From Patescibacteria group bacterium (GTDB lineage: Bacteria > Patescibacteriota > Patescibacteriia > UBA1558 > GWA2-36-10), in the NCBI GenBank assembly GCA_041650755.1, contig JBAZKN010000003.1:86466-150465 (forward strand): 64,000 nt of DNA, read 5' to 3'. This document shows, in pieces, positions 30,280 through 43,411 of the stretch. Position numbers and translations under genes: made by a program. How positions within the stretch are numbered: the stretch's first letter is position 1; every line of letters begins with the position of its first letter. The notes beneath the pieces are model-generated. The model was not told where the DNA came from. It saw nothing but the letters and a program-made list of their open reading frames with translations, and searched no databases.

Positions 30280-32508
30280 CTAACTCAACTCTTCTTTATT
30301 TTTTTCTTCTATTTCCTCACCCAGCTCATTATCTAACTCCTCGTCAGCATTAGATCCTGTTTCATTTATATCTAAGGCTGAGGAAAAATTCTCTTCCAGG
30401 TCTGCCTGGTTGACCAAAACCTCGCGCGGCTTTGAACCGCGATCTGGCCCGACCACTCCCATTTGCTCCAAAATATCCAGCAAACGAGCGGCTCTAGCAT
30501 AGCCTACGCGCAAACGGCGCTGCAATAAAGTAGCCGATGCCTTGCCTGCCTTGATCACCTCTTCTTTGGCGGCTTCAGTTAAACTATCCTCATAGCCGTC
30601 ATTGCCGCCCACAATACTCACTCCACCAACCTTGTCAGTCACGCTAGAATTGTATTCCGGCTCAGCTTGTGTCTTGAGATAATTGACTACATCATTAATC
30701 TCTTCGTCGGTGACATAAGCGCCCTGAATGCGCTTTACTTTTGACGATTCGGCGGTCATAAATAGCATATCTCCTTTACCCAATAATTTATCAGCCCCGC
30801 TAGTATCAATAATTGTCCTGGAGTCCATGGCTGAAGCAACCGCGAAAGCAATGCGCGAAGTGATGTTGGCCTTAATCAGACCAGTAATCACATCCACTGA
30901 TGGCCGTTGGGTAGCCAATATCAAATGAATACCGGCGGCCCTACCCAATTGAGCCAAGCTCACCACGGCAGCTTCCACTTCTTTGGCGGCCAAAGACATC
31001 AGGGCGGCAAACTCATCAACTATAACCACAATATACGGCAGACGATTGACTATCACTGCTTTATTATAGCTATCTATATTGCGCTTATTAGCTGCTTGCA
31101 ATAATTTATAACGCTCATGCATTTCTTTGACCACCCAGCGCAAAGCATTAATAATTTTATCAGTGTCATTTATAACTGGGGTCAACAAATGGGGGACATC
31201 ATTATAGGCTGAGAGTTCTACGCGTTTTGGATCTATTAAAATGAATTTTAGGTCATCGGGGGAATTTTGATAAATTAAACTTAAAATAATATTATTGATG
31301 CAAATAGATTTACCGGAGCCAGTGGCGCCAGCGATCAAAAGATGCGGCATGTTGACTAAGTTAGCCATAATAGCGCTGCCGGCCACATCCTTGCCCAAAG
31401 CAATATAAAGATTACTCTTACGTTTGGCGTAAACGCTGCTCTCTAAAACATCCCGTAGCTTGACTGTGGAAATACTTTGATTTGGCACCTCAATGCCCAC
31501 CAATGACTTACCCGGTATGGGAGCTTCCATACGAATGGGGTGCGCAGCTAAAGCTAGGGCTAAATCATTCTGCAGAGTCAAAACTTGGGCCAAGCGAACA
31601 CCTTCGGCTGGACGTAAAGTATATTGTGTGACTGTCGGGCCCACACTAACCTCGCCCATAGTAACCTCAATCCCAAAATTTTCAAAAGTTTTTTTGATCT
31701 TCTGCATATTGGACTGAATATCACCAGAGTCTGGCTTGGTGTTGGAAAAAGTCAAAAGGTCTATCGGTACAATTATTTTTTTCCGGACGGTTTTTTTGGG
31801 AGCAAGCTGGGCATCTGGCTCCTCTGGAACACCGCTAGACGCATCTTTTTCTTCAGTAATGGTCTCTTCTGAAGCGGTTTGGCCAAGCAGTATTTCGTCA
31901 GGCAAAAATTCTTCTTCCTCCTCCGGATCTGGCTGTTCATCACTGGCTGGCAAAATCTTTTCTTTTAATAAACCTAGCGCCTTAGCTCTTTCATTTATAT
32001 CTCTAAAAGAAGTATTGAAGGCCAAAAAGAATCCAATTAAAAATACCGCTAATAAAACCAGTAGCGCCCCCCAAAAACCCAAGCCCCTATCCAAACCATA
32101 ACCAATTGCCCAGCCCAAGGCACCACCGCCATCGCCGGCACTGGTAATTTCCTGAAAAGTGAAATCACTAACCAAAAAATTGCTCAAACCGGTAACCGCC
32201 AAGATAACTAAAAATAGCCCGAGATAACTAGACCATTTGACTCGATAGGTGTGGCTCTTTATCAAAAAATAGCCAACTACTAAAAGAACAACGATGAATA
32301 GCCAGTCGGCCCAACCAAATAAATACCCCAGACCAAAACCCAAATAATTACCGGCCGGGCCAGCCAAATTAAATAATGACAAAATACACAAAAAGGCCAC
32401 TAAAAATACCAAAATAGTAATTATTGCTCCTTTGGTGTCTGGACTTAAATTAAAGCCCTGGGCTTCGTCGCTTTCTATGGCTATTTTTTGTTTAGTTTTT
32501 CTCGACAT
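30280..32508 (-). CDS. ftsK: DNA translocase FtsK/SpoIIIE
   Basis: N-terminal TM segments; HLLIAGATGSGKS; LATQRPS; gamma domain LQRRLRVGYARAAR. Confidence 0.95.
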   Translation of the reverse strand: MSRKTKQKIAIESDEAQGFNLSPDTKGAIITILVFLVAFLCILSLFNLAGPAGNYLGFGLGYLFGWADWLFIVVLLVVGYFLIKSHTYRVKWSSYLGLFLVILAVTGLSNFLVSDFTFQEITSAGDGGGALGWAIGYGLDRGLGFWGALLVLLAVFLIGFFLAFNTSFRDINERAKALGLLKEKILPASDEQPDPEEEEEFLPDEILLGQTASEETITEEKDASSGVPEEPDAQLAPKKTVRKKIIVPIDLLTFSNTKPDSGDIQSNMQKIKKTFENFGIEVTMGEVSVGPTVTQYTLRPAEGVRLAQVLTLQNDLALALAAHPIRMEAPIPGKSLVGIEVPNQSISTVKLRDVLESSVYAKRKSNLYIALGKDVAGSAIMANLVNMPHLLIAGATGSGKSICINNIILSLIYQNSPDDLKFILIDPKRVELSAYNDVPHLLTPVINDTDKIINALRWVVKEMHERYKLLQAANKRNIDSYNKAVIVNRLPYIVVIVDEFAALMSLAAKEVEAAVVSLAQLGRAAGIHLILATQRPSVDVITGLIKANITSRIAFAVASAMDSRTIIDTSGADKLLGKGDMLFMTAESSKVKRIQGAYVTDEEINDVVNYLKTQAEPEYNSSVTDKVGGVSIVGGNDGYEDSLTEAAKEEVIKAGKASATLLQRRLRVGYARAARLLDILEQMGVVGPDRGSKPREVLVNQADLEENFSSALDINETGSNADEELDNELGEEIEEKNKEELS

Positions 32509-32610
32509 ATCTAGATTTTTTAGCTTAAATCCAGTTAATTTTAACACACTTGTAAATAAAAATAAACACAAAAACGGCCCCAAAAAGAGGAGGCCGTTTT
32601 CTCAAAAAAC

Positions 32611-35600
32611 TTAATTTCTCTCACCAAAACCAGTGCCGGCAGGTATTTTGCGACCAATGATCACATTTTCCTTTAGCCCTTTCAGGTGGTCTACTCTACC
32701 AGTAATAGCTGCGTCTATTAATACTCTGGCTGTTTCCTGGAAAGAAGCGGCCGACAGAAAAGAATCTGAAGTCAGGGCCGCTTTGGTAATACCCAAAAGC
32801 ATTACCTCGCCTTTAGCTGCTTGACCCTTGACCTTATTGTTAGCCTCTTTGAATTGAGTAATGGTCACCACCTCGCCAGGCAAAAGATCGGTATCACCAA
32901 CCTCTTTTATCAGAATTCTTGAGAACATCTGTTTGACTATCAATTCAACGTGTTTATCATTTAGATTCTGGCCCTGCGAAGAATAGATGTGTTTTATTTC
33001 TTTGATGATATATTTTTGCACAGCTAGCTGGCCTTGCAAATTATATAATTCATGCAAATCAATGCTCCCCTCGGTCAACGTCTGACCCTCGACCACCAAA
33101 TCCTTGTCTCGAACCCAGAGGGTATAGCCGGCCGGGATAACTGCTTCCTGAATTTCATCTTTGTGGCTGATCACCTGTAATTGATCGTTGGTAATTTTGA
33201 TCACACCATTGAACCCAGCTCTAATTTCTTCTTCCTCATTGATAAACAACAGTTGGTCCTTAGTTATTTCTTGACCATCTTTCACTTTTAGCTCCAGGCC
33301 TTTTTCCAAATCATATTTAGCGACCCTTGAGCCTTGAGGCTGTATCTTTACTATGCGATTATCCTTGCTGATTAGTTTGTTATCGTCCTGCAGTACGGCT
33401 ATGCCGGTGACCGGAGACAAAATAGCTGGCTTCTTTGGTGGACGTGATTCAAACAATTCCTCTACCCGCGGTAAACCTTGGGTGATATCACCCTCGGCCA
33501 CACCGCCAGTATGAAACGTGCGCATAGTCAGCTGTGTGCCCGGCTCGCCGATACTCTGGGCAGCCACAATGCCCACGGCTGTGCCTATCTCTACTAATTT
33601 ATTATAACCCAAGTCATACCCATAGCACTTGCGACAGACGCCTCTGATTGCCTGACAAGTGAGCACTGAACGGATTCTAACTTCCTCGGGGTTAGCTTTA
33701 ATAATGTGTTCGGCCAATTCTTTGGTCACTAGGGTTCCTTTTTTAATCAGGGTCTTTTTGGTCTTTGCGTCTTTGATGTCTTCAGCCAAAACTCTGCCAA
33801 TAATTCTCTCCTGGATTGGCTCATTGAGGGCTTTGCTTTCTTCGCGAGTAATCACTAGGCCCTTGGTGTCATGACAATCTTCTTCAAGCACCACCACATC
33901 TTGAGAAACATCTACTAGGCGGCGCGTCAAATATCCGGCACTAGCTGTACGTAAGGCAGTATCAGATAAGCCTTTGCGGGTGCCGTGAGTAGAAATAAAA
34001 TATTCCAAAACATCTAGGCCCTCTTGAAAACTAGCCTTCACCGGTAACTCAATCACATCGCCTGCCGGGTTAATCACCATGCCTTTTAGACCCATAATCT
34101 GAACCATCTGGGAAAAAGAGCCCCTGGCACCAGAGTTAATAATTCCGGCAATAGAATTTTCTGGGTTAAGCAAGTTTTTACACTGCTCGCTGATGCGGTT
34201 CTTGATGTCGTTCCAAACTTCAATGACCTTGATATACCTTTCTCGATTGGTCAACAAACCATTGTTGTATTGATCCTTGATTTCCTCAACTTTGGTTTCG
34301 CCTTCCTTGATCAGGGCATTTTTACTGGTCAATTTTGGTATGTCGTCCATGCCCCAGGAAAGGCCAGAAGAGGTGATATATTTAAACGCCAAATCTTTAA
34401 TATCATCCAAAAGCTTGACTGTGCTTTCGTGTGAGAGGCGACGAAAAGCCTCAGCCACAATATTCTTCATACCCTTCTTATCTAGGGTGTAATTCACGTA
34501 CTCTATCTCCTCCGGCAATATTTTATTAAATAATATGCGACCAACTGAGGTTTCAAGCAACTGATTGTCTAGTTTCTTAATCCTAACTTTAATTAAATCC
34601 TGTATACCCACCAGGCCCAAGACAAAAGCTTTTTCTGCTTCGTCTTCATCAGAAAAAAACTTGCTGGCCTTAGCTTCCGGTTTAATATAAGTCAAATAGT
34701 AGCCGCCCCAGACAATATCCTGACTGGGGATGGCAACTGGATCACCGGTAGCCGGCTTCAGTAGATTATTGGCTGACAACATGATATTGGCTGCCTCTTG
34801 CTTGGCTTCCTCAGTCAAAGGAACGTGAACAGCCATTTGATCGCCATCAAAGTCAGCATTAAAAGCAATACAAACCAATGGATGCAGCTGAATAGCCTTA
34901 CCCTCTATTAAGACCGGTTGGAAAGCTTGGATGCCTAAACGGTGCAGGGTAGGAGCACGATTTAGTAATACATGGGCTCCTTTGATAATATCTTCCAAAA
35001 TGGCCCAAACTTCTGATTGACCAGATTCGATGTAGCGGTTAGCCGAACGCACATTGTGCACCAGCTCTGCTTTTATCAATTTGGATATTACGATTGGCCT
35101 AAAAAGCTCAAGGGCCATTGTCTTTGGCAAGCCACATTGATAAATCTTGAGATGCGGACCGACTACGATTACTGAACGGCCAGAATAGTCTACGCGCTTA
35201 CCTAAAAGATTCTGACGAAAACGTCCCTGCTTACCTTTGAGCATGTCGGCGATGCTCTTTAACATCCTCTTCTGCCCAGTAGAGGCGGTGACGGTCTTGC
35301 CGTGGCGAGCATTATTATCTATCAAGGCATCAACTGCTTCTTGCAACATGCGTTTTTCGTTGCGCTGAATCACCTCTGGGGCATTTAACTCTTTGAGACG
35401 CTTGAGACGATTATTGCGATTTATCACCCGGCGATATAAATCATTAAGGTCAGATGAGGCAAATCGACCACCATCCAACTGAACCATCGGCCGCAGGTCT
35501 GGCGGGATGACTGGTATGGCGCTCATGATCATCCATTCTGGTCTAATCTTATTTATAATCAAGCTCTTAATCAGGCGGGCGCGACGAATCAATTTTTTGG

Positions 35601-36498
35601 TCTTAGAGGGGATGGCGGTAGTAATTTCTTTTTCCAATTTATCAAGCAAATCTTCTAGGCTTATGCGGTGTAAAAGTTGGCGAATGGCCTCGGCGCCAAT
35701 ACCGGCTTCAAATACATGACCATAGCGCAAAGACAGCTCTTGATATTTATTTTCTGAAACGATTTGTAGTTCGTGCAACTCTTTGAGGTCACGCATAGCA
35801 ATATCAGCCGCCTCTTCCAAGGTCTTTATCTTATCAATCTTAGCTACATTGAGCGCCAATAATTCCTGCTCTGATTTTTTATCAACCTTGTCCTTGGATT
35901 CACCGTCGGCCAGCATCTTGGTCTTGCGTCGATTAATTTCCTGCGAACGCTGATTAAATTCATTGTCTATCTGTTTGCGCTTACTTTTTAATTCACTTTT
36001 GATAAGCTCAATTGTCTCTTGGCGAGCTTTTTCATCAATGTGAGTAATAATAAAAGAAGCAAAATATATCACCTTTTCTAGGGACTGGATGCTAAGGTCC
36101 AAAACTAAACCTATCTTTGAAGGAATGCCGCGTAAAAACCAAATATGAGAAACTGGGGCCGCCAAATCAATGTGGCCCATGCGTTCACGTCTTACCACTG
36201 CCCTGGTTACCTCTACGCCACACTTATCGCAAATAATACCCTTATAACGAATCCGTTTATATTTACCACAATAACATTCCCAGTCTTTAGTCGGACCAAA
36301 TATCTTTTCACAAAACAGGCCGTCCTTTTCTGGCTTTTGTGTGCGGTAATTAATGGTTTCTGGCTTCAAAACTTCACCGTGCGACCAGGCGTGGATATCG
36401 TCCGGCGATGCTAAACGTAATTTAATAGCATCAAATTCTAGCACCGTATTTTTGTCTGCGGCCACAAAAGTTGTTTTGGCTGATGATGGAGTTGACAT
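32611..36498 (-). CDS. rpoC: RNA polymerase beta' subunit
   Basis: NADFDGDQM, zinc finger and QLTMRTFH. Confidence 0.99.
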   Translation of the reverse strand: MSTPSSAKTTFVAADKNTVLEFDAIKLRLASPDDIHAWSHGEVLKPETINYRTQKPEKDGLFCEKIFGPTKDWECYCGKYKRIRYKGIICDKCGVEVTRAVVRRERMGHIDLAAPVSHIWFLRGIPSKIGLVLDLSIQSLEKVIYFASFIITHIDEKARQETIELIKSELKSKRKQIDNEFNQRSQEINRRKTKMLADGESKDKVDKKSEQELLALNVAKIDKIKTLEEAADIAMRDLKELHELQIVSENKYQELSLRYGHVFEAGIGAEAIRQLLHRISLEDLLDKLEKEITTAIPSKTKKLIRRARLIKSLIINKIRPEWMIMSAIPVIPPDLRPMVQLDGGRFASSDLNDLYRRVINRNNRLKRLKELNAPEVIQRNEKRMLQEAVDALIDNNARHGKTVTASTGQKRMLKSIADMLKGKQGRFRQNLLGKRVDYSGRSVIVVGPHLKIYQCGLPKTMALELFRPIVISKLIKAELVHNVRSANRYIESGQSEVWAILEDIIKGAHVLLNRAPTLHRLGIQAFQPVLIEGKAIQLHPLVCIAFNADFDGDQMAVHVPLTEEAKQEAANIMLSANNLLKPATGDPVAIPSQDIVWGGYYLTYIKPEAKASKFFSDEDEAEKAFVLGLVGIQDLIKVRIKKLDNQLLETSVGRILFNKILPEEIEYVNYTLDKKGMKNIVAEAFRRLSHESTVKLLDDIKDLAFKYITSSGLSWGMDDIPKLTSKNALIKEGETKVEEIKDQYNNGLLTNRERYIKVIEVWNDIKNRISEQCKNLLNPENSIAGIINSGARGSFSQMVQIMGLKGMVINPAGDVIELPVKASFQEGLDVLEYFISTHGTRKGLSDTALRTASAGYLTRRLVDVSQDVVVLEEDCHDTKGLVITREESKALNEPIQERIIGRVLAEDIKDAKTKKTLIKKGTLVTKELAEHIIKANPEEVRIRSVLTCQAIRGVCRKCYGYDLGYNKLVEIGTAVGIVAAQSIGEPGTQLTMRTFHTGGVAEGDITQGLPRVEELFESRPPKKPAILSPVTGIAVLQDDNKLISKDNRIVKIQPQGSRVAKYDLEKGLELKVKDGQEITKDQLLFINEEEEIRAGFNGVIKITNDQLQVISHKDEIQEAVIPAGYTLWVRDKDLVVEGQTLTEGSIDLHELYNLQGQLAVQKYIIKEIKHIYSSQGQNLNDKHVELIVKQMFSRILIKEVGDTDLLPGEVVTITQFKEANNKVKGQAAKGEVMLLGITKAALTSDSFLSAASFQETARVLIDAAITGRVDHLKGLKENVIIGRKIPAGTGFGERN

Positions 36499-36521
36499 AT
36501 TATTTAAATTTATATTTTTTA

Positions 36522-39500
36522 TTATTCACCAACGGCATCACTCTCGACCGACACACCAGATCCATCATTGATGACAGGAGCTGCCTCCTCCAGAATCTCT
36601 CTAGTCTCGGAACTGACATCCTCAATTTTTCTCTCTCGCTGGCCAATCAGCTCCACTTCTAGGCCTAAGCCTTTTAGTTCGCGCACCAAGACGTTAAATG
36701 ATTCGGGTATATTCAAACGATTAATTGGCTCGCCCTTGATGATTGACTCATAGGCCTTGGAGCGGCCCGGCACATCATCAGATTTTATGGTCAACATTTC
36801 CTGCAGGGTGTTGGCGGCACCATAAGCCTCCAAAGCCCAGACCTCCATTTCACCAAATCTCTGGCCGCCAAATTGAGCCTTACCGCCGAGTGGCTGCTGA
36901 GTGACCAATGAATATGGTCCAATGGACCGTTGATGGATTTTATCCTCTACCAAGTGGTTGAGTTTTAACATATAGGCTACGCCAACAGTGGTTTTGTTTA
37001 CAAAGGCTTCACCTGTGCGACCATCATAAAGTTGTAGTTTGCCACCTTCTGGCCAACCGGCCTTATTGAGTTCTTGCCTAATGATTTCTTCTGGCACGCC
37101 ATTAAGGGCTGGACAGGCCACCTTATACCCAAGGGTTTTGGCGGCTAGGCCCAAATGGGTTTCAAGCAGCTGCCCCAGATTCATGCGGGAAATAACGCCC
37201 AGAGGATTCAAAATAATATCAACTGGCGTACCGTCGGCTAAAAATGGCATATCTGACTCTGGCACAACTCTGGAAATAACGCCCTTGTTCCCATGACGGC
37301 CGGCCATCTTGTCGCCAACTTGTATTTTGCGTAATTGGGCAATAGTGATCTGTATAGTTTTAATAACGCCGGCTGGCAATTTATCACCCTTGTCTCGAGA
37401 AAATATTTTGATATCAATTACTTTGCCGCGTTCACCGTGTTTTAAATATAGAGAAGTGTCTCTTACATCCTTGGCTTTTTCGCCAAAAATAGCGCGCAAC
37501 AATTTTTCTTCAGCTGATAATTCTGTTTCACCTTTGGGGGTAATCTTACCGACCAAAATATCACCAGAAGAAACATTGGCACCGATGCGCACTATACCCT
37601 CTCTGTCTAAATCTTTTAGTTTTTCTTCACTAACATTTGGTATGTCACGAGTAATGACTTCTGGGCCCAGTTTGGTGTCCCGAACATCAATAGAATAATC
37701 CTCAATGCTAATAGATGTATAAAAATCTGATTTGACTACGCGCTCAGAAATTAAAATAGCGTCTTCATAGTTACCACCATCCCAGGTCATGTAGGCAACC
37801 AGTACATTACGACCCAGAGCTAATTCTCCTTGATCAGTAGCCGCGCCATCGGCAATCGCCTGGCCCCGCTTCACCTTGTCACCCTTATTGACGATCGGGT
37901 GTTGGTTCATGCTGGTAGAAGTATTTGAGCGAGCAAATTTATTTAGATAATAAGCGGTAGATACACTGTCTTTATTGGTCACCTCGATGCGACGACTATC
38001 TACATAAGTAATTTCACCGTCTTCCTTGGCAACCACCACTTGGCCAGAATCAATAGCAGCCTTGGCCTCTACGCCAGTGCCCACCAAGGGTGCCTCTGGT
38101 TTAATCAAGGACACTGCTTGGCGCTGCATATTTGTACCCATCAAAGCGCGCACTGCGTCATCGTGTTCCAAGAATGGTATCAAGGATGTAGCAATGCTAA
38201 TAATCTGATTCGGTGCCACATCCAAGAGATCTATCTTTTCCACTTGGTCGTAAGTGGGGTTACCCTTGACCCTGATTTCTGCGTGGCTATCAACAAAATA
38301 TCCATTTTCATCAATTGGCGTAGTGGCTGCGGCGGTGTTAAACCTTTCCTCTTCAAAAGCGTCCAAATATGCCACCTCATTAGTAACCAATGGCTTAATA
38401 GGAATATTAATAATTTTTTTGTAGTGAGCTAGCTCTTTGGCCTTGGAGGCGGTGATGGTCTCACCGGCCTTTACTATGGTTTGGTGACTATCTGAATCAA
38501 CAATATCTGCTCTGGCAATTTTTCCTTCAGTAATTTTTGGGTCATTGCCGATATCATGCAAAACGCGCCTAAACGGTGTCTCAATAAAACCAAAGTCGTT
38601 CACTCTGGCATAAGAAGCTAGGTGACCCACCAAACCAATGTTTGGACCTTCGGGGGTAGCAATCGGGCAGATGCGCCCATAGTGAGTGCGATGCACATCG
38701 CGCACTTCAAAGCCAGCCCGCTCGCGAGACAAGCCGCCCGGCCCCATGGCTGACAAACGGCGCTTGTGTTCTAGCTCGGCCAAAGGATTGACCTGATCCA
38801 TAAACTGAGACAGCTGTGAGCTCATAAAAAATTCCTTGATCACGCCGATCACTGGTCTGGCATTAATCAGCTGATTGGGCGTCAGATTATTTATGTCCAA
38901 GGTGCTCATTCTGTCTTTGACAATGCGCTCCATGCGAGCCAAGCCTATTCTAAAACGACCCTGCACCAATTCACCAATAGCTCTCACCCGACGATTGCCC
39001 AAATGATCAATATCGTCTGCCTCCTCTTGACTGAGATTTAAACGAATTATCTCCTTAATAACGAGAACCAAATCCTCTATGCGCAAAACCCTGGTCTCTT
39101 TGTTGTTTGGCAAAGATAAGCCGAAGCGGGCATTTATTTTGTATCTACCCACTCTACCAAAATCATAGCGGTCAAAGTCGAAAAACATTGAGTGTATTAG
39201 GCTGCGCGCATTATCTGTGGTAGCTAGGTCACCCGGACGGATGCGCCGATAAACTTCGCGCAAACCCTCAGCCTCGTCGTGGGAAATATCTTTTTCTAAC
39301 GTGCTCTTGATGAATCTTACTTCTGGGTGGATATCAACATCAGCAAAAAGTTGTAAAATTTCTTCATTGTTTGGTTTGCCCAAGGCGCGCAAAAGGGCAG
39401 TGACCGCCACTTTGCGTTTACGATCAATTTTTACTGAGATAACATTGTTGCTATCGGTCTCGATCTCTAGCCAAGCGCCTCGGTTAGGAATTATTTTGGC

Positions 39501-39965
39501 ACCATAATATCTGCGGGCTCTAAGAATATTTGAGGTGAAAAATACGCCGGCGCTACGAATTAATTGAGAAACCACCACCCTCTCTACGCCATTAACAATG
39601 AAGGTGCCCCGTTCGGTCATCAGCGGGAAGTCGCCTAAATATATTTCTTGCTCTTTAATTTCATTGGTGCGCTTGTTGACCAAGCGAACATTCACGCGCA
39701 AAGGGGCTTCAAAGGTGAGGTTTTTGGCTTTAGCGGTTACTTCATCAAACTTTGGTTCGTCCAAATAATAATCCAAAAAATACAACTCTAAATCACGACC
39801 AATAAAATCCTTGATCGGGGAAATCTCCTCAAACAATTCCTTGAGACCTTCGGTAAAAAACCAGTTATAGGACTTCTTCTGGACTTCTACCAAGTCGGTC
39901 AAAGGAATAGCTTCTCGTGAAGAGGTGAAGTACTTACGAGAAGCAGTGATCTTGGCTTGGGGCAT
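36522..39965 (-). CDS. rpoB: RNA polymerase beta subunit
   Basis: [12 protein letters not shown] and [11 protein letters not shown]. Confidence 0.99.
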   Translation of the reverse strand: MPQAKITASRKYFTSSREAIPLTDLVEVQKKSYNWFFTEGLKELFEEISPIKDFIGRDLELYFLDYYLDEPKFDEVTAKAKNLTFEAPLRVNVRLVNKRTNEIKEQEIYLGDFPLMTERGTFIVNGVERVVVSQLIRSAGVFFTSNILRARRYYGAKIIPNRGAWLEIETDSNNVISVKIDRKRKVAVTALLRALGKPNNEEILQLFADVDIHPEVRFIKSTLEKDISHDEAEGLREVYRRIRPGDLATTDNARSLIHSMFFDFDRYDFGRVGRYKINARFGLSLPNNKETRVLRIEDLVLVIKEIIRLNLSQEEADDIDHLGNRRVRAIGELVQGRFRIGLARMERIVKDRMSTLDINNLTPNQLINARPVIGVIKEFFMSSQLSQFMDQVNPLAELEHKRRLSAMGPGGLSRERAGFEVRDVHRTHYGRICPIATPEGPNIGLVGHLASYARVNDFGFIETPFRRVLHDIGNDPKITEGKIARADIVDSDSHQTIVKAGETITASKAKELAHYKKIINIPIKPLVTNEVAYLDAFEEERFNTAAATTPIDENGYFVDSHAEIRVKGNPTYDQVEKIDLLDVAPNQIISIATSLIPFLEHDDAVRALMGTNMQRQAVSLIKPEAPLVGTGVEAKAAIDSGQVVVAKEDGEITYVDSRRIEVTNKDSVSTAYYLNKFARSNTSTSMNQHPIVNKGDKVKRGQAIADGAATDQGELALGRNVLVAYMTWDGGNYEDAILISERVVKSDFYTSISIEDYSIDVRDTKLGPEVITRDIPNVSEEKLKDLDREGIVRIGANVSSGDILVGKITPKGETELSAEEKLLRAIFGEKAKDVRDTSLYLKHGERGKVIDIKIFSRDKGDKLPAGVIKTIQITIAQLRKIQVGDKMAGRHGNKGVISRVVPESDMPFLADGTPVDIILNPLGVISRMNLGQLLETHLGLAAKTLGYKVACPALNGVPEEIIRQELNKAGWPEGGKLQLYDGRTGEAFVNKTTVGVAYMLKLNHLVEDKIHQRSIGPYSLVTQQPLGGKAQFGGQRFGEMEVWALEAYGAANTLQEMLTIKSDDVPGRSKAYESIIKGEPINRLNIPESFNVLVRELKGLGLEVELIGQRERKIEDVSSETREILEEAAPVINDGSGVSVESDAVGE

Positions 39966-40262
39966 AAATTTTGCTAATTATTTGTTAATTAGCCGCGCGA
40001 GCACTAGCGACAAAAATTGACGGCGCAAAAAAATAACTCACCCGCCTGGTATGGGGTCAGTCTTTATGTTTTTTAGACTAAATTATATTAGTCTGCAAAA
40101 AATGCATGACTGTATGCTACCAGAATAAGTTGCGTCTGTCAAGGATTTTAGCACCAAATAGCCAAAATTAGGTAAAAAAATATTTTTTTTACCTAATATT
40201 AGCAAAAAAATAAAGATGTATATATAAAAAAATTTGTCAAATACTTTTGTTTTTTTGCTAAA

Positions 40263-40302
40263 ATATGCACAAAAATCATGGTTTATATACAAGTTATCCA
40301 CA
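40263..40302 (+). promoter_or_regulatory. DnaA-box cluster upstream of rpoB
   Basis: Perfect TTATCCACA at 40294-40302; degenerate TTATATACA (40283) and ATATGCACA (40263). Confidence 0.5.
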
Positions 40303-40379
40303 ATACAAATCCAAATATAAATAATAGGCCCGCCCAATTAAGTTTATATTGATCGATATTTTAACCAAATTTTGGCTAA

Positions 40380-41678
40380 TTATAGCAACTTATTTAATTC
40401 TTCTCTGACTACTACCCTGTCATCCCACGGTAGCTTCTTGCTGTTAGCTACACAAATAAACTGTTCGGCTCCTTTGCCGGTAATAAGCACCAGATCATCC
40501 TTTTTGGCTAAAGTAAGCGCTTTTTTGATAGCTGCTCGCCTGTCTGATATTTTAAACAGGTTTGCCCCCAAAACCTTGCCCGCCTCTATTGATCCCTGAG
40601 CAACATTGGCAATAATCGCCTCTGGGTCGTCATCATATGGGTCTTCATTGGTCACAACTACCAGATCAGCGGTTTGACCAGCCATCTTACCTAAAATGGG
40701 CTGGCGAGCCTTGTCTCTGCCTCCCCCGCAAGATCCGATAACATGAATTAGCCTTTTGTGTTTAACATCTTTTAGCGCTGAATATAATTGCTCAAGACTA
40801 GCTGGCTCTGGTGCATAATCTATCAAAACATTAAAATCCTGCCCGGCAGTAATCCATTCCTGCCTGCCCGGCACGCCTCGCAACTGTGCATCCGCTACCC
40901 TGGCCAAATCAAAACCCAAAATTTTTACCACGCCAAGACTGGCTAAAATATTATAAACATTAAACCGGCCCAAAAAATTGGTTTTTATTTTTTGACCATC
41001 TACAAAAAAACTTAAATGGCCGGTGGATAAATCTATCCGCTCAGCCATCAGGTCGGCTGGCTTGTCTAGGCTATAAGTGAAAAATCTATCCACGGGAAAT
41101 TTCTTTAAAATCTCTGTCTCTTGATCGTCGCCATTGCTGACAATTGCCTTGTCAATCAGGCGTCCACCAATTTTTTTATTTCGCGACCCACTTAAGTGGG
41201 CAAATAATTTTTCTTTGGCTGCTTTATAATTTTCCCAGCCGCCATGCGCTTCGATGTGCTCTGGTGTAAGGTTGGTAAACACCACCACATCATAATTTAT
41301 ACCAATGTGTCTATATTGATCTATGCCTTGTGACGATGTTTCGATCACTGCGTAGCGACATCCGTTTTTTACGGCTTCTCGCAAAAACTTCTGTGTCTGA
41401 AAGCGACCCAACATGGTCATCTTTTTATTATTAAGCCGCTCATTACTACCCACCTTAAAACTGGCTGTTGATACCGACCCAACCTTTTGGCCTAGGGCTT
41501 CCAAATATTGAGCAATAAAACTCACTGTGGTGGTTTTTCCGTTGGTACCGGTCACACCAATCACTATCAATTTATTGCTGGGGAAAAAATAATACAAAGC
41601 TGCCAGCCTAGCTAGCGACCAATGATAAAAATATAGGAGTTTTTTTGGTACTAATTTTTTTATAATTCTTTTAAACAT
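40380..41678 (-). CDS. murE: Mur ligase (MurE-like)
   Basis: GVTGTNGKTT, TNLTPEH, PGR and EDPY. Confidence 0.8.
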   Translation of the reverse strand: MFKRIIKKLVPKKLLYFYHWSLARLAALYYFFPSNKLIVIGVTGTNGKTTTVSFIAQYLEALGQKVGSVSTASFKVGSNERLNNKKMTMLGRFQTQKFLREAVKNGCRYAVIETSSQGIDQYRHIGINYDVVVFTNLTPEHIEAHGGWENYKAAKEKLFAHLSGSRNKKIGGRLIDKAIVSNGDDQETEILKKFPVDRFFTYSLDKPADLMAERIDLSTGHLSFFVDGQKIKTNFLGRFNVYNILASLGVVKILGFDLARVADAQLRGVPGRQEWITAGQDFNVLIDYAPEPASLEQLYSALKDVKHKRLIHVIGSCGGGRDKARQPILGKMAGQTADLVVVTNEDPYDDDPEAIIANVAQGSIEAGKVLGANLFKISDRRAAIKKALTLAKKDDLVLITGKGAEQFICVANSKKLPWDDRVVVREELNKLL

Positions 41679-41682
41679 AATA

Positions 41683-42690
41683 CTATCTAAAAAATCTTCT
41701 GGCCTTCCGCAAATAAGCATAAAATTTATACCAACTGTGGTCGTAAACAAAATCATAGGTGCCGGCTGAATATACGCGCCTACCAGAAAATCCTTGCTTG
41801 AACCTGGTCACGCCCTGCCAGCCTGGTTTTGAACCATCTTCTGGCGCTATGCCCCACCAATCATAGGTTTTATATCCCTGATCGCGATATCTTTTTATGC
41901 TCTCCCAATGCAAAAGCTGTGGCGCCATTAGACTCCTATTCTGATAATCAGAGGCACCATGCAAGTAGGTGGCTGTTTGGCCGAATTTTATTAAAAAATT
42001 AGCCGCCACCACTTGATTACCGGCATAAGCCAGGGCCAGTTCGCCAGAATTATCCGCTAATAACACTGACCATAGTTGATGATAATATTCGCCGGAGTGC
42101 AAGCCAATATGGTTTCGCTTGGCCGTCTTTTTTAGTAGCGACAAAAAAACCTCAAGGTCTTTTTCTGTCTGGCTAAAAACTATTCTGACGCCCTTTCTTT
42201 TGGCTAAGGCTATATTGTATCTGGTTTTAGGGTGGCTTTGCCTCAGCAAAGCTTCGTTGTCTAAATCTAAATTGGTACACCAGGTCTCGCGAGGCTGAAT
42301 ATCAATAGCTCGCCACGTGTTTTCTAGCTCAATTTTGGCTTGAGGTTCAAGGCGAAAAAATATTTCTTGGTATTGCCGCGTTTCAATTGTAATATCCCTC
42401 ACGCTAGACAATAGTAGTTTGGTGCCAATTAGAATTTCATCGGCTGCCAGATCATTTGCCCAAATTGGTCCTTTGGGCGCATAGAGATAGCTCTTGCCCA
42501 AGCCCAGCTTGGTTTCGTACAAAAGACAGCGACCAATTATTCTGCTCTTGGATTCTAGATTTAATGTCCAATTTTTTTTGCCTTGCCTATCCAAAAATTT
42601 TTGCCAAAGACTGCTTTGCAAAAAGGCGCCGGATGCGCCGGATTTTTCTAACCACTGATCTTGGTTTTTAGAATCCAAAAATACCCTCAT
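41683..42690 (-). CDS. FemABX family peptidyltransferase
   Basis: FLQS..W, YAPKGP, KTRYNI and GVTRFKQGF. Confidence 0.88.
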   Translation of the reverse strand: MRVFLDSKNQDQWLEKSGASGAFLQSSLWQKFLDRQGKKNWTLNLESKSRIIGRCLLYETKLGLGKSYLYAPKGPIWANDLAADEILIGTKLLLSSVRDITIETRQYQEIFFRLEPQAKIELENTWRAIDIQPRETWCTNLDLDNEALLRQSHPKTRYNIALAKRKGVRIVFSQTEKDLEVFLSLLKKTAKRNHIGLHSGEYYHQLWSVLLADNSGELALAYAGNQVVAANFLIKFGQTATYLHGASDYQNRSLMAPQLLHWESIKRYRDQGYKTYDWWGIAPEDGSKPGWQGVTRFKQGFSGRRVYSAGTYDFVYDHSWYKFYAYLRKARRFFR

Positions 42691-42693
42691 AAA

Positions 42694-43263
42694 TTACTTT
42701 TGACCAGCCTGCAGGGCGCGCTTAATTTTACCGGCCAGATCATCGTTGTCGACCGGCAAATTTTTCACCATCTCTTGCGCTTCTCGCTCTTTATACCCAA
42801 GCGATACTAGGGCCTCCACAACTTGCCTATTACTGCCCGTTGACCCAGCAATAGAAGAGAGTTCGTCTATAAACTTCTCTTTGAGTTCAACTACAATGCG
42901 CTCGGCTGTTTTTTTGCCAATGCCAGAAACCTGACGCAGAAAATCTGGATCCCCAGTAGTAATGGCTCTCTTTAGTTCTTCTATTTCTGCCAATCCTAAA
43001 ACATTAATGGCACTTTTTGGCCCCACTCCAGAAACAGAAATTAATTTTTTAAAAAAATCTAAAGCGCCCGTAGTTTTAAAACCGTATAAATCAAAGGTAT
43101 CTTCTTTTATATAAGAATAAACAAAAAACTCGACTGGACTATTTTTTTCAAGCGCCTGCCAATCCTTGGCGCTTAAAAAAACCTCATAGCCAATATCCCC
43201 GGCCAAGACAATCACTGATTTTTGGGTTTTTTCCAATATACTACCTTTTAAATAGGAAATCAT
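42694..43263 (-). CDS. ruvA: Holliday junction branch migration protein
   Basis: MISYLKG, LYGF, VSGVGPK and GIGKKTAERI. Confidence 0.95.
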   Translation of the reverse strand: MISYLKGSILEKTQKSVIVLAGDIGYEVFLSAKDWQALEKNSPVEFFVYSYIKEDTFDLYGFKTTGALDFFKKLISVSGVGPKSAINVLGLAEIEELKRAITTGDPDFLRQVSGIGKKTAERIVVELKEKFIDELSSIAGSTGSNRQVVEALVSLGYKEREAQEMVKNLPVDNDDLAGKIKRALQAGQK

Positions 43264-43411
43264 ATCTTCCTAAGCTTAACAAAATCTGGCAATAAATTCA
43301 ATTGACAAAAGCGCGCTTGTGTTATAATTTATATTGTCAACCAAGAACAACAAAATGGTTGGGTACCTTCGCTTCCCAAACGCGGAACCAAAAGCCATGG
43401 AGGTGGCCGGT

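Noticed and set aside
32633-39507. Many short plus-strand ORFs within rpoB and rpoC
   Set aside because: Antisense shadows of highly conserved genes.
40083-40337. 84-aa ORF upstream of rpoB
   Set aside because: Low-complexity AT-rich promoter region with no protein-like features.
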